The notes under the pieces: model-generated
The model's database searches: none
Told to the model about the DNA's origin: nothing
What the model saw: the letters and a program-made list of their open reading frames with translations, nothing else
Source: Trichinella spiralis
Lineage: Eukaryota
Assembly (NCBI RefSeq): GCF_000181795.1
Contig: NW_003526941.1
Span: 7,760,120 to 7,824,119 of the forward strand
Reading direction: 5' to 3'
Length of the DNA: 64,000 nt
Program-made: the position numbers and the translations under genes
In this document: piece after piece, positions 1 through 10,749 of the stretch
How positions within the stretch are numbered: position 1 is the stretch's first letter
Layout of the letters: every line of letters starts with the position of its first letter

Positions 1-499
1 AAGGAATTCCATTGTTTTTTTATTTTGTGATATATTTACTTTCAGGAATGAACATTCTTCTATATTCATATCAATGAATGTGAAACAACTGTATCTGAAA
101 ACTAACTGAATATGGTAACTTTGCATCATGATAAATGTTCCTTGGTTTTCACTTGAATTTTCTGTTAAATTTAGGTGTATGTTACAGTGCCAATAGCGCC
201 ACATTACTTTCATTCTAACTGCAGCATTAATATTAAATTATCATGTATATGATATCATAGATTGGGTGGTCTTGATTCAATTCTTCTACGAATTGAAAAT
301 GACATTTGCCTTGCTACATTTTGAAAATGCACAGATGCAATCTATTATCATTAAAGACGGGTAAAAGTTGTTGAACGGTGGTTGTTGAAGTTGCTGACAT
401 AGCGTTCAAAAGACGTATGACAAAAAACAGTAAGTATTGACTTTGTTTCATTAGATAGCAAGACGATGGGCGTATGAGATATATGTAGAATTTGGTAAA

Positions 500-1200
500 A
501 TCTGTAATTACAGATTACGTCATCACCTGAGCTTTTATGGAGTTTTGTTCTTGGCACCGTGATAAGTCATGTTCCGATCATTTCGTTCTAAATGTGGCAT
601 CCGTAAGTATTGAATTTGCACCCGATTGCAGTTGCATCGTACAGTGTACGCATTTTATCCATGACAGCATTACATTGGCGTCAAGCGAATACGATATTTT
701 TTCTGATGGCGCTCTGAGTAAGTTGAAGTTGGTGCAGTGACGTTTTCCAGTTGTTCTAGTGTGGTTTCACTTATCACAAGAGTAAGAAGGGATTAATTGT
801 AATTGTAGCAATTTCGCTGAGTCAGCCGAGCAGTGTTCGTGCTGTCAGTGCGTTTCGAATGTGATATGACAAAAATTAGTGAGTAGCTTTTGTTTATAAT
901 AGCTATTGGTTACGTCATCCCATGAAGCTTGTATTGTTGGCAACCCTTGTTCACATGGACATAAAGGCGTTTCCTAGCCGTTTCAGTGTGCCTTTGCTTA
1001 TCACAAATAGTATCGTTTATCAGTAAGTATTGAATTTGATTAATTAGATAGCTGAAAGAAGCGAGTGTTACATGGATTGAATTAGATAACATCTATAATG
1101 ACAGATAACATTAGCTGAACTGTTTTTAACTTCCTTTCGCTCTGGACACCGTGTTTAGTCATGTTCACATCAGTTTATTCTAGATGTGGCATAACAAACA
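500..1200. repeat. Degenerate interspersed repeat with internal duplications
   Basis: ~545-600 resembles ~1135-1192 (CACCGTG..AGTCATGTTC..TTCTA.ATGTGGCAT) and ~741-780 resembles ~968-1010 (CGTTT..AGTGTG..CTTATCACAA). An inverted copy lies at ~2340-2615. Confidence 0.6.
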
Positions 1201-1201
1201 T

Positions 1202-1211
1202 NNNNNNNNNN
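1202..1211. other. Assembly gap (10 N)
   Basis: Run of N. Confidence 0.99.
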
Positions 1212-1620
1212 CCCCAGGCTTTACCCTCATGCTACGCCCAGGGCAATAAAAATTTGCATATGCCCTAATGCTATCCCCCAGGCAATTTATACCACAATAT
1301 TTGGCCTAAGGAGGTTTTTATGCCAATTTTTACTCGCTTCAGGGCAATATGCAATTTTTATATGCCCTCAGGCTACGCCTGGGGCTATGCCTCAGGCAAT
1401 TTTTTAAAAATTTCGAAATTTTTTGAAATTTAGCCCCAGGCGTCGCCTCAGGCTATGCCCCAGGGCAAATAAAAATTTGCATATTCCCGCAGGCTACGCC
1501 CAAAGCATTTTATTGCACAATATTTGCCTTCAGGGGGATATGCAAATTTTTATTTGCTTTCAGGCGACGCCCAGGGCATTCCCTCAGGTATTTTTTTCGA
1601 AAATTTACATAATTCAGCAC
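1212..1620. repeat. Satellite/foldback-like repeat of GCTA(C/T)GCCC(C)AGGGCAA..AAATTTGCATAT units in both orientations
   Basis: Recurrent GCTACGCC, CCCCAGGC, CTCAGGC and AAATTTGCATAT/ATATGCAA(A)TTTT motifs; 18-bp palindrome at 1406-1423; 13-bp inverted pair at 1375-1387 and 1431-1443. Confidence 0.7.
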
Positions 1621-1644
1621 CCGGCTGTTTACTTCTGCAGTTCG

Positions 1645-2005
1645 ATACTTACCTGTCCTACAATTACCCAATTGCCACGCAGCGTAGAGTACCGCCTCAT
1701 ACTTACCTATCGCACTTCAATCCACTTTACGATATCATTCTTCTTTATACTTACCTGCGCAACTTTTCATTTTACGCACCTGCACCTTACTTACCTTACT
1801 GCACAACTTACCTTTTTCATTTTACTCACCTGCACCTTACTTACCTTACAACTTACCTTTTTCATTTTACTCACCTGCACCCTACTTACTCGTACTTACC
1901 TTCAGTACTTACCTGCAGTCCTGTACCTGCAGTACTCACCTGTACGCAATCGCTTTATATCCGCTTCGACTCTACTTACCTGCATTACTTTATCCACTTA
2001 CTTTG
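1645..2005 (+). repeat. Minisatellite rich in ACTTACC(TG)/ACTCACCTG, with a ~45-50 bp higher-order unit
   Basis: About 15 copies of ACT(T/C)AC(C/T), and roughly three copies of TTTTCATTTTAC.CACCTGCACC.TACTTAC at ~1763-1890. Confidence 0.8.
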
Positions 2006-2339
2006 ATGCTATGTACCAGTACTTTACGCTCTCTACTGCTCTTAATAAAAGATTTAATATAAACATGCCATGATTCTAAAATACATAGTTGAATATAATT
2101 ATTACAGCCATATTAAAGAAATTGAAGACGAACAACAGCAGCATAATAAATAAAAAACTACGTTATTCGATGGGGATCATTCAAGATGCGGCTCTCGTCT
2201 TCACAGTTACGCACTAAAACTTTGAATACAAAGCAATTCTTCTACAAAAAATAATGCAATTCTTCCTTACCTTGCGTGACAAGGAAAAACATCAGAACCG
2301 TAGGAAACGCAATTTGAGAGTGCCATCGGCTGCGACTAA

Positions 2340-2615
2340 ACAAAAATTTTCTGATGATGACGTAATCCATTGCAATAAAGAACAAAATGCTGGGATACCT
2401 GTTCTATTTATTTAACATATTTCATTGCTGTCATAATATCAAATTCCTTCTTACTATTTGTGATAAGTAAAGGCACACTGGGACGGCTAGAAAACGCCAT
2501 TGAAACGCCAGGTGAACACTGGTTGGCATCAGTACGGGCTTCATGAGACGACATAATAGACAGCTATTATAACAAAAACTACTTACTAATTTGTCATATC
2601 ACATCGGAACGCACT
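2340..2615 (-). repeat. Inverted diverged copy of the repeat at ~500-1010
   Basis: The reverse complement of ~2450-2614 aligns by eye with 848-1010 (GTGCGTT..ATGTGATATGACAAA..TTATAATAGCT..CATGAAGC..CTAGCCGT..CAGTGTGCCTTT.CTTATCACAAATAGTA). Confidence 0.7.
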
Positions 2616-2655
2616 CACGAAGATCTATACGGGCACTGGCGGGTACTCGACTGTC

Positions 2656-3272
2656 NNNNNNNNNNNNNNNNNNNNNNNNNNNNNNNNNNNNNNNNNNNNN
2701 NNNNNNNNNNNNNNNNNNNNNNNNNNNNNNNNNNNNNNNNNNNNNNNNNNNNNNNNNNNNNNNNNNNNNNNNNNNNNNNNNNNNNNNNNNNNNNNNNNNN
2801 NNNNNNNNNNNNNNNNNNNNNNNNNNNNNNNNNNNNNNNNNNNNNNNNNNNNNNNNNNNNNNNNNNNNNNNNNNNNNNNNNNNNNNNNNNNNNNNNNNNN
2901 NNNNNNNNNNNNNNNNNNNNNNNNNNNNNNNNNNNNNNNNNNNNNNNNNNNNNNNNNNNNNNNNNNNNNNNNNNNNNNNNNNNNNNNNNNNNNNNNNNNN
3001 NNNNNNNNNNNNNNNNNNNNNNNNNNNNNNNNNNNNNNNNNNNNNNNNNNNNNNNNNNNNNNNNNNNNNNNNNNNNNNNNNNNNNNNNNNNNNNNNNNNN
3101 NNNNNNNNNNNNNNNNNNNNNNNNNNNNNNNNNNNNNNNNNNNNNNNNNNNNNNNNNNNNNNNNNNNNNNNNNNNNNNNNNNNNNNNNNNNNNNNNNNNN
3201 NNNNNNNNNNNNNNNNNNNNNNNNNNNNNNNNNNNNNNNNNNNNNNNNNNNNNNNNNNNNNNNNNNNNNNNN
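2656..3272. other. Assembly gap (617 N)
   Basis: Run of N. Confidence 0.99.
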
Positions 3273-3445
3273 TTCATGATGCAACCTTCAACAGTTATGC
3301 GCTGAAATTTTCAATTAAACATTCTTAGCATGCGATAAGCAACAACGCAGTGAGGATGCTATCACTCATCAATAAAATAACAACATCTCTATTTACAAAA
3401 TACTAAAACTTACCTACTCACATAGTACTCTACAAAAATACTCAC

Positions 3446-3876
3446 CAAACGAACTGATGGCAGCATGCACTACCAGACTTGTGTGATGTATCCGTAAACC
3501 AGTGCAAATCGACTATATTAACGATATATGCTACTATTACAATCATTATTTAATTATACCGTACTCCTGTGATAAGCGAAGCCACACAGATTTCTGGAGC
3601 AATACTGGGTAACACCATAACGCAGGAGTATAAACGTATATCTATAACATATTTTTGTGATGGCACATTTAGAACGCATTGAGATAAAGGTGACATACCA
3701 TGTTGGCAAAAGCAACAGGAATTCCGAAACGTTTCAATTATGTTGACGCACACTAATTCGATAACAAGAAGCATACAGGATCAGATATAATTAGAAGACA
3801 TCAATAATAGTAACAAATTATAGATACTCAATTACTTACAGATTTTTGTGCATCTTTTCAATCCATTGAGGGAAAC
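3446..3876 (-). other. Possible multi-exon spliced transcript (non-coding RNA or orphan peptide)
   Basis: Four exon-like blocks (3876-3840, 3752-3699, 3641-3560, 3512-3446) separated by 87, 57 and 47 nt GT-AG introns; no recognisable protein. Confidence 0.25.
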
Positions 3877-6800
3877 CTGAACCACCATTAGAGAAAGATA
3901 TTCAAGTTCATAGAAATAGTTCCACTGCACTGACACAACCCATAGATTAAATTAAATTAACTAAAATTAGATACTAAATAACACAGAAAAATAAAACATT
4001 GGATTACAAAATGAATGAAATTCAAATATCATCGTGATGCACTGTTATTCGGCTTCAATCACTTTTTATAATATGACTGTTTCACATAAGTATCATTTCA
4101 ACCGCTATCCTGAGTTCATATAAAGCGCTCGTAACGTAATAAACAGAACAAAAATATAGTTGCATTACGGACTTGATGATATACCGATGAAGACAATTCA
4201 GCAAAAAATAAAGTTGAAATTATTTAATAAGTAATTTGTCATATAAACAGAATATTTTTTACCTACACTCTTGTACCTACACCTACTCTTTTTACCCATC
4301 CATTTTATAAATGGAAAAGAGAAAAAGGAATAAATTTTATAATTTCTAATGTAAAATTCAAATTCCAAATTTCCTAAAATCAAAGGCAACCAATCTACAA
4401 TCTTACTTACATTACGTTGCACGTACGACGAATACAATAACAGACGTGCTGCTGATGGCGTTGCTAACTTACAATCTAAATACCTCGCAAATAATCATTT
4501 TGCGCAGCTGCTTGTTGACCATCATTTTCATTGAAATTTCACGGGAATAAACAAGATTACAAATCAACAGCAGATGAAAACAATTATGATGCATAGTAGC
4601 ATCATCTCATAATAAGATTTTTTATATTCATCGATAAGAATAAAAAATAATGTAAATTCTAAAATTGAATTATATTAATGCTGTCATCTATAAATAAAAA
4701 ACAGAAATAGATACTTCTTCGTCTTCAGCATCCGATGTATCTAAAACTTAGCAATAATAACACTAGAAAGACACCCGCCAGTTCCCAATCACCATATAAG
4801 TATAGTAACATGCATAGCATACCACCACCAAAATATCACAAATTCAACTTACCAGTTTTATTCATGGATAGTGTTGAAGAGTGGAATTATAGTTGACCAC
4901 GTGCTAGATTGATAGCATTGCAGTGAACTGCATAACCTAATAAAATCAATGTGCTTGGTCAATTGTATAATAAGTAAATTATGCAAATGACTATTTACTT
5001 TGCTTCACGAAGAGCAACCTAATTTTCCATCAGTAATAGCGCACTAAAATAAACAATATGAGCAACATTATGAAACGAGACGATGAAATTTATTACGTTT
5101 CTATTTACACACTTCATATTACTACGTAATATGGTATTGTTATGCAGATTTTTTCCCTAAAATTACCTACAAGGAAATATTATTAACCTGAAGCATCGCA
5201 GATTACTAAAAATAAATGGAAATGCTATCACTGCGTATTTATGCATGTTGTGTAATTTAGTTGCTTGAAAGTACAAGGTGATTCAATAATTTATATTTTA
5301 TCAATGTTTTTCATTTAATCAAAATTATATGGATAATAAAAAATAGCTTTCACTGAAAATAGTTTCAAAAATAAAATACGTATTCAGATTTATGGAAAAT
5401 TAAACAGTTGTTATGAAATTTTATGATGATAACTGCGACAGAAATTTTATAATATACAATTTATCTCAGCACAGAATTTAACAAGTGCGCAGCGTAGACA
5501 TCATGATAGTAAGCGGCTGCACCAGTGGGTATGCATGCCACTTGACAGCTTATTTACTATTAAAATTTTGCTTTAACTAAACTTTTGTTTACACATTATG
5601 ATGATTTATAGTAAGACTGCAAAATTGGTTGAGCACTGCATCAGCGCGCCACATACAATGTGAGATAAAACTACCTGCAGAAATTAAGTAACTCAACGAT
5701 TTGCACTGAATTCAAGAAACTTATGCGGGTGACAATTCTGTATTGGATTTTATGAAAAAAATAAAACGAAAGAATCAGGAGTAGCATGGAGTTGGTTATA
5801 TTGTTAGTCGACAGCAATTATCAGAAATTAGATTTATATGAGATGAAAACAGCTAACTGCTGTTCATTCAACTCGAAATAGGGGGTGGGAAGAATTTTCA
5901 GTTTAATGCGATCTCTGTTCAGCTTAATATTATTACGAGCTCAATGGTGGGGATCATTAGAAAGGAAAGGAGGGTGGGACAGCATAGCAGGAAGGAATGA
6001 GGGAGAAGTTAAGGGATGGAGGAGGTGGAAGTTGTCATATGCGTTCTTCCACTCAATCTTCACGTATAACATTCAGGCGTAGGTTCATTTATCAATACTG
6101 ACAACACTGATGGGCATTGAGTTATTTTCTGAAAGACATCAAATAGGTGCATCTGTATAAGTCATTGCTATTGGCGGTACAATGCCATAATGGAAACTTT
6201 AAGGAGTCATTTCAAAAATGAAGGGAACGTTACTGCCATTCTGAACGTATCAAAGGTGGTAGTATAAAAGTGTGTTCTCTAGGTAACAGCGCTTTCCTAT
6301 GTCATGCTGAAACAATCTTGTGCACGATTTGAGCAGTGACAAGCATTTAGGGGTGTGATTGTTCGACTGCAGTATCCCGGTGACAAACATTTCCTTTACA
6401 CAACTGGGCAAGTATGTTACTTTTGCAATAAACATTACAGGGGGCAGTAAAGATAATGCGGGAGGGGTTCAACTGCTATGTCAGAGTACTACTTTACAAA
6501 TGGATTTGTAAGGACTAATAAAAATTATAGCAAAATATACCATTAGCACTATTATATATTGGCTTGTGCGTAATAAAGTCTCGAATATTAATTGAACATC
6601 ATTAGTGAAAAACAACGCGCTAGTTTCCATTCAAAAAGACTAAAATCAAACAACTACGAAAAGCTTAAAAAGCGCGCATGTTTAGTGCAGTGTGCCAAGA
6701 GAATGAAAGGAAATATTGTATAAAAAATAGCAAATACATGAAAATTCATACCTGTCAGCAGACCTGTCAGAAATTACGTATAAAGCAAACGTAGAGTCAT

Positions 6801-9570
6801 ACATTTTGTAACTGATGTTCGTGGTTTCTTCATATTTTTAGTCTAACAATCACAACGTAATTGTTGCAGTGAAGCATCGAAATGACCAAATAACGCAATG
6901 CAGTAAGTAATTAGACCGCCCTTCAGCAGCGAACATTTATACTATAATGCAGTTCTCTCAATAAACAGAAATTTATATAAGGAACATTGCTACCGAATTT
7001 GAATAGCACAAAGTGCACGTAGCAGAATGCCAACGGCAGTGTTTACCATCACATTTGCATAAAGTTACTCTTCTGACCTAGAAATGCATGTATGCTTTGA
7101 AAACGTATAACAGTGTAATGAGCAAACACCAAAGATTATAATAATTGGTGAACAACAACAAAATCCTGAATACGTTACAGATCAAAGCCACTATCTATCA
7201 TAAATAATGTTGTGGCGTAAATTAAAGAAGTATAAAATAGTGTCTTACGTAAATGAGGCTGTACTAGCACGATGATAATACTTTGCAGTGTTCAGCAAAA
7301 TTCATTCATTAATTTAAAGGAACTGATTGTTTAGTGAACATTTCAATCAGACTTTGATCAACCATTTTGAAAAGAAGAAAAATGAATGCCTAAAACAGAA
7401 GAATGGCAAAACATGACATTTGCTTAAAACACAAGCATAATGAATTGATAATTTAATATAATGCACATGCTGGGTTGAAATACTAAAAATTGTGCATGAC
7501 GGTTTGTCATTTTAAAAAGTGCCGAACCGACAACATTGTTATCTTATATGCAACGACGGAATACAGAAGCTGATTATTTAAAATTTATAGATTTTGCCCC
7601 CTTACACTTTATATCGTGTACTTATGCACATGCATTTACTGATTCCAATGAAAAGTATTCTGCTACTGTTTGAAAAAACATCATCAATTTTTCAAAAATA
7701 GCAAAGGTTATTGCAACTGAAAATTCAGATATCGAAGAAGGATCATTTTTGTAGAATTCACTTGACTCAATTGCGCGATGTGGCGTTGTGGCGATCCTTA
7801 TTTGCATAATGCAGCGTTAGAAACCGGTTTTTAGTGTGTTAGAACTTTTGGCTGAAGATAAATTCTAAGCTAAGCCACGTTACAATATGAGCAGAAGAAA
7901 TGCACTGCTGAATTCTATCAATAAGGAAAGGACTATTTGAAAATTTAAAAATGACCTTGACATTTCAAATTCAGTCAAAATATAAACTATCTGACAAAAA
8001 ACGCCATAACAAAACAAAATTCACTTAGACAAAACACACCTACGTATGTCTGAAAATTTTCGTAAGCCATTAAAGCAAGTGGTTCAAATGAAGTTAATTT
8101 TAAGTGAGAAATTTGCGAGCAATAGCTTGATTACTCTCAGTTGAAAGTGCATGTTAGCTGCTGCAAAGGTGATTTTCAAAATACCGTATTTTAATAATAG
8201 ATAAACAATGCGTACACGGTGTATTTAATCACACTTGATTGTACGGAAATTTGTCGTTTATTAAGTCATCTATCATCTCATGCTGAGAATTCTTCACCGA
8301 GAACATATTGAAAAATTACGCTCAATATCGATTCTCAATTGCATTTTGTTAAATGATTAAAACTCAAAAATGATAAAACTGCCACTTACTGCTAAATTCG
8401 TCGTCTTCCCATCGGTAATGTTCATTGTCTTTGGATGTTGATTGAAAAACTATTTTTCAGAAATTATTCCAAAAAATAATAATGAATAAAAAGCAAATTT
8501 CGTGTTTGGTATTTGATATTGGTCTTCAGTTAATTTTCCAATCAAAACGCACTGCTCTCATACACGGACGGCCTCAAACTAAAATTATGTCAATATGTCA
8601 ATAAAGCAAACGACTTAACATGCAAATTTTTATTTCATCCGTTTCTGTTGATAATTATGGATACTGTATATTTTTCATTGCGCTTTATTTACTTAAGTAA
8701 TGCACTCTGGTTGAAGAGAAAATTCAATTGTAGCTTCTTTGCCAAACATATAAAAACTTCCCAATACGGAAACTGTCATTTCATCTTCATTACTAAGTAT
8801 AATTTAAATACTAAAAGCAATATAAGAAATGAAATGCATATTCATTTCATATTAAATGCTGACTTGTAGCCTACTCTCGTTTTTGACATGAAAGGCAGGT
8901 CGCAGGACATCTGATTGGTTTTAGATTTCATTGGTTTTCAAGATGGCTAAATTTCATTGGCAATTATTTCGATGGATTTTATTCGTTGTCCTGGGCATAA
9001 GTTCGATTGGTTGTCATTGTAATGCGTTCCATTTGTCAAATTTTGGTTTCTTTTCAATGGTCAGTTTTCTGATATTCAAAGCCTATGCTCAAAGTTTTGA
9101 AGTTTGTTTTCATTGCTGCTATAGCTCACCACTGACGTGAACATTTAATATATCTGAAAAATTTCATTTAAATTGTTTTTCATTCAATTCAATGGTTCTG
9201 CTAATTGAATATAACTGGTATCCAGTGGTTGAAAATAACATAATGACTATTATCGTGAAGTTCTAACTGATATATTCCTTTTGGTGTGATTTTAGATTAA
9301 AAGGCGTCAAAATTCTTGTTCGCTCGACGTAGTGAAAAGTGCGCATCGCAGTAGGACTTTTCTGGCAGAAATGCATTAGCAAGGCGATTTTATTTTATTT
9401 TGAATACGCACCATTTATTTCTTTATTTGTCATGTTGCTTTGTTGAAACCCTATCATTTGATGGATAGATAAAGTTGATCGACAACTGTCGATGTGGTAC
9501 AGTTGAAGAGAAACTGTATTTGCATGTGACATGTAGAAAGGGAGAAAATTTTATTGCACAACTTGAGGTT

Positions 9571-10749
9571 TTAAAGCATTTCACTTTTGCCGTTCTGATC
9601 TCGCAGCAGTGATTGACTGTTCTCTTGTATGTATTTGAAATTTTTATCCGGAAGCAGTATGCCTCTAGATGATAGCTGACTGTTTGTTTTGAAGCAGCGT
9701 TTCAAGCCGAATACTGTCATGAATTCGTGGCGAAACATCTGGCTCATAATGCAGTAAGCTGGAAAACTTACACAACTGTTCACCAGTGATAGCAAGTCCC
9801 AGAAATCGCCCAGTGCCAAGTAAATATCAAAAATGGCTTGATCGAACGCATTTGCTATAGTCATAATGCCCTGTGGTATTTGAGTTAACCAGAAAACGAA
9901 AACAATAAGCAACAATAGGGCGGTTGTGCGGTCTCCAGTTGCAATATTGGCCTTTTTCGATAGGCGAATTTGACGTCGACGAGTGTCTATCAAGATGTGT
10001 ATGAGCAGCGCGATGAAAATGCTAAGCAGTATACAGGGTAGCACTTTCAGTACAATTCCCACGGTCCATAAGTTGATCGCTTCCATCTCTGCGGTGTACC
10101 AGCTTGGTGGTTTAATTTCATAGACCGTTTGATTAGCCAAATGAGCGACAGCTGCAGGTGGGCAAAGGCTTTCCGGTGCCGGTCGGGCGCCAATTGAATT
10201 TCTGAGAAAATTCAGAAAACAGCACGCACAGACCGCTACGACGGTCACCAACATTATCCAAATTCCAGTACGGGGCGCATTGGCTACAGTAGCCGCTTGC
10301 GGACGTCTCAAAACTAAATAGCGGACAATTGCCAAATCAACAGTAAGCCACAAGCTGACGCTGTGCAGCGTTACGCTCAAGTCGGCGTGCATGACAACAA
10401 ATACAAGCCAAAAATATGTATCATAGACTGGAAAATAGCACTTGTTGGTGAGATTGGTGCGCAGGGTAAAGATCAAATAGGTGAGCATGGTAGTGGCGTG
10501 GCAGGCGGCCATCGCGGCTAAAATAACATTCACTGACGTGCGCATTGCTGGCCTGGTCAATACAACAATTGTGGCAATGTTCGCCAAAATGCCAATGCAA
10601 CAAATAATCGGACTAAGATATGCGTGGATGAACCCGTACGAGTTGGTGAACGCGATCAGGCCACTGGAAACCCACGCCGCATCTTCTGCCTCCCTATCTG
10701 CCCTTTCCGCATAACCTTTCGTTTCATTGTCAATGATCCAAGCGACCAT
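9571..10749 (-). CDS. Class A neuropeptide GPCR, DMSR/myosuppressin (FMRFamide-like peptide) receptor-like; single coding exon, 392 aa
   Basis: Long ORF with seven hydrophobic segments and family motifs recalled from DMSR/myosuppressin receptors: IHAYLS..C..G..AN..TIVVLTR..MRT.VN.IL.AMA, SLWLTVxLAIVRY, KVLPCILL, DRTT.LL, PQG, YCIMSQMFRHEF. First in-frame ATG is 10749 (the track starts at TTG 10764); an in-frame TGA lies upstream at 10806-10804. Confidence 0.9.
   Translation of the reverse strand: MVAWIIDNETKGYAERADREAEDAAWVSSGLIAFTNSYGFIHAYLSPIICCIGILANIATIVVLTRPAMRTSVNVILAAMAACHATTMLTYLIFTLRTNLTNKCYFPVYDTYFWLVFVVMHADLSVTLHSVSLWLTVDLAIVRYLVLRRPQAATVANAPRTGIWIMLVTVVAVCACCFLNFLRNSIGARPAPESLCPPAAVAHLANQTVYEIKPPSWYTAEMEAINLWTVGIVLKVLPCILLSIFIALLIHILIDTRRRQIRLSKKANIATGDRTTALLLLIVFVFWLTQIPQGIMTIANAFDQAIFDIYLALGDFWDLLSLVNSCVSFPAYCIMSQMFRHEFMTVFGLKRCFKTNSQLSSRGILLPDKNFKYIQENSQSLLRDQNGKSEML

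Noticed and set aside
1645..1810. U1 snRNA gene
   Set aside because: Only the 5' 11 nt match; no U1 stem-loops or Sm site follow, and the motif is repeated.
1763..1890. CRISPR-like array
   Set aside because: Eukaryotic context, no unique spacers and no cas genes; this is a simple minisatellite.
1423..2073. 216-aa and 160-aa plus-strand ORFs
   Set aside because: They are translations of the satellite and ACTTACC repeats, with repetitive peptides and non-ATG starts.
2591..3328. Long ORFs made of X residues
   Set aside because: Artefacts of the N gap.
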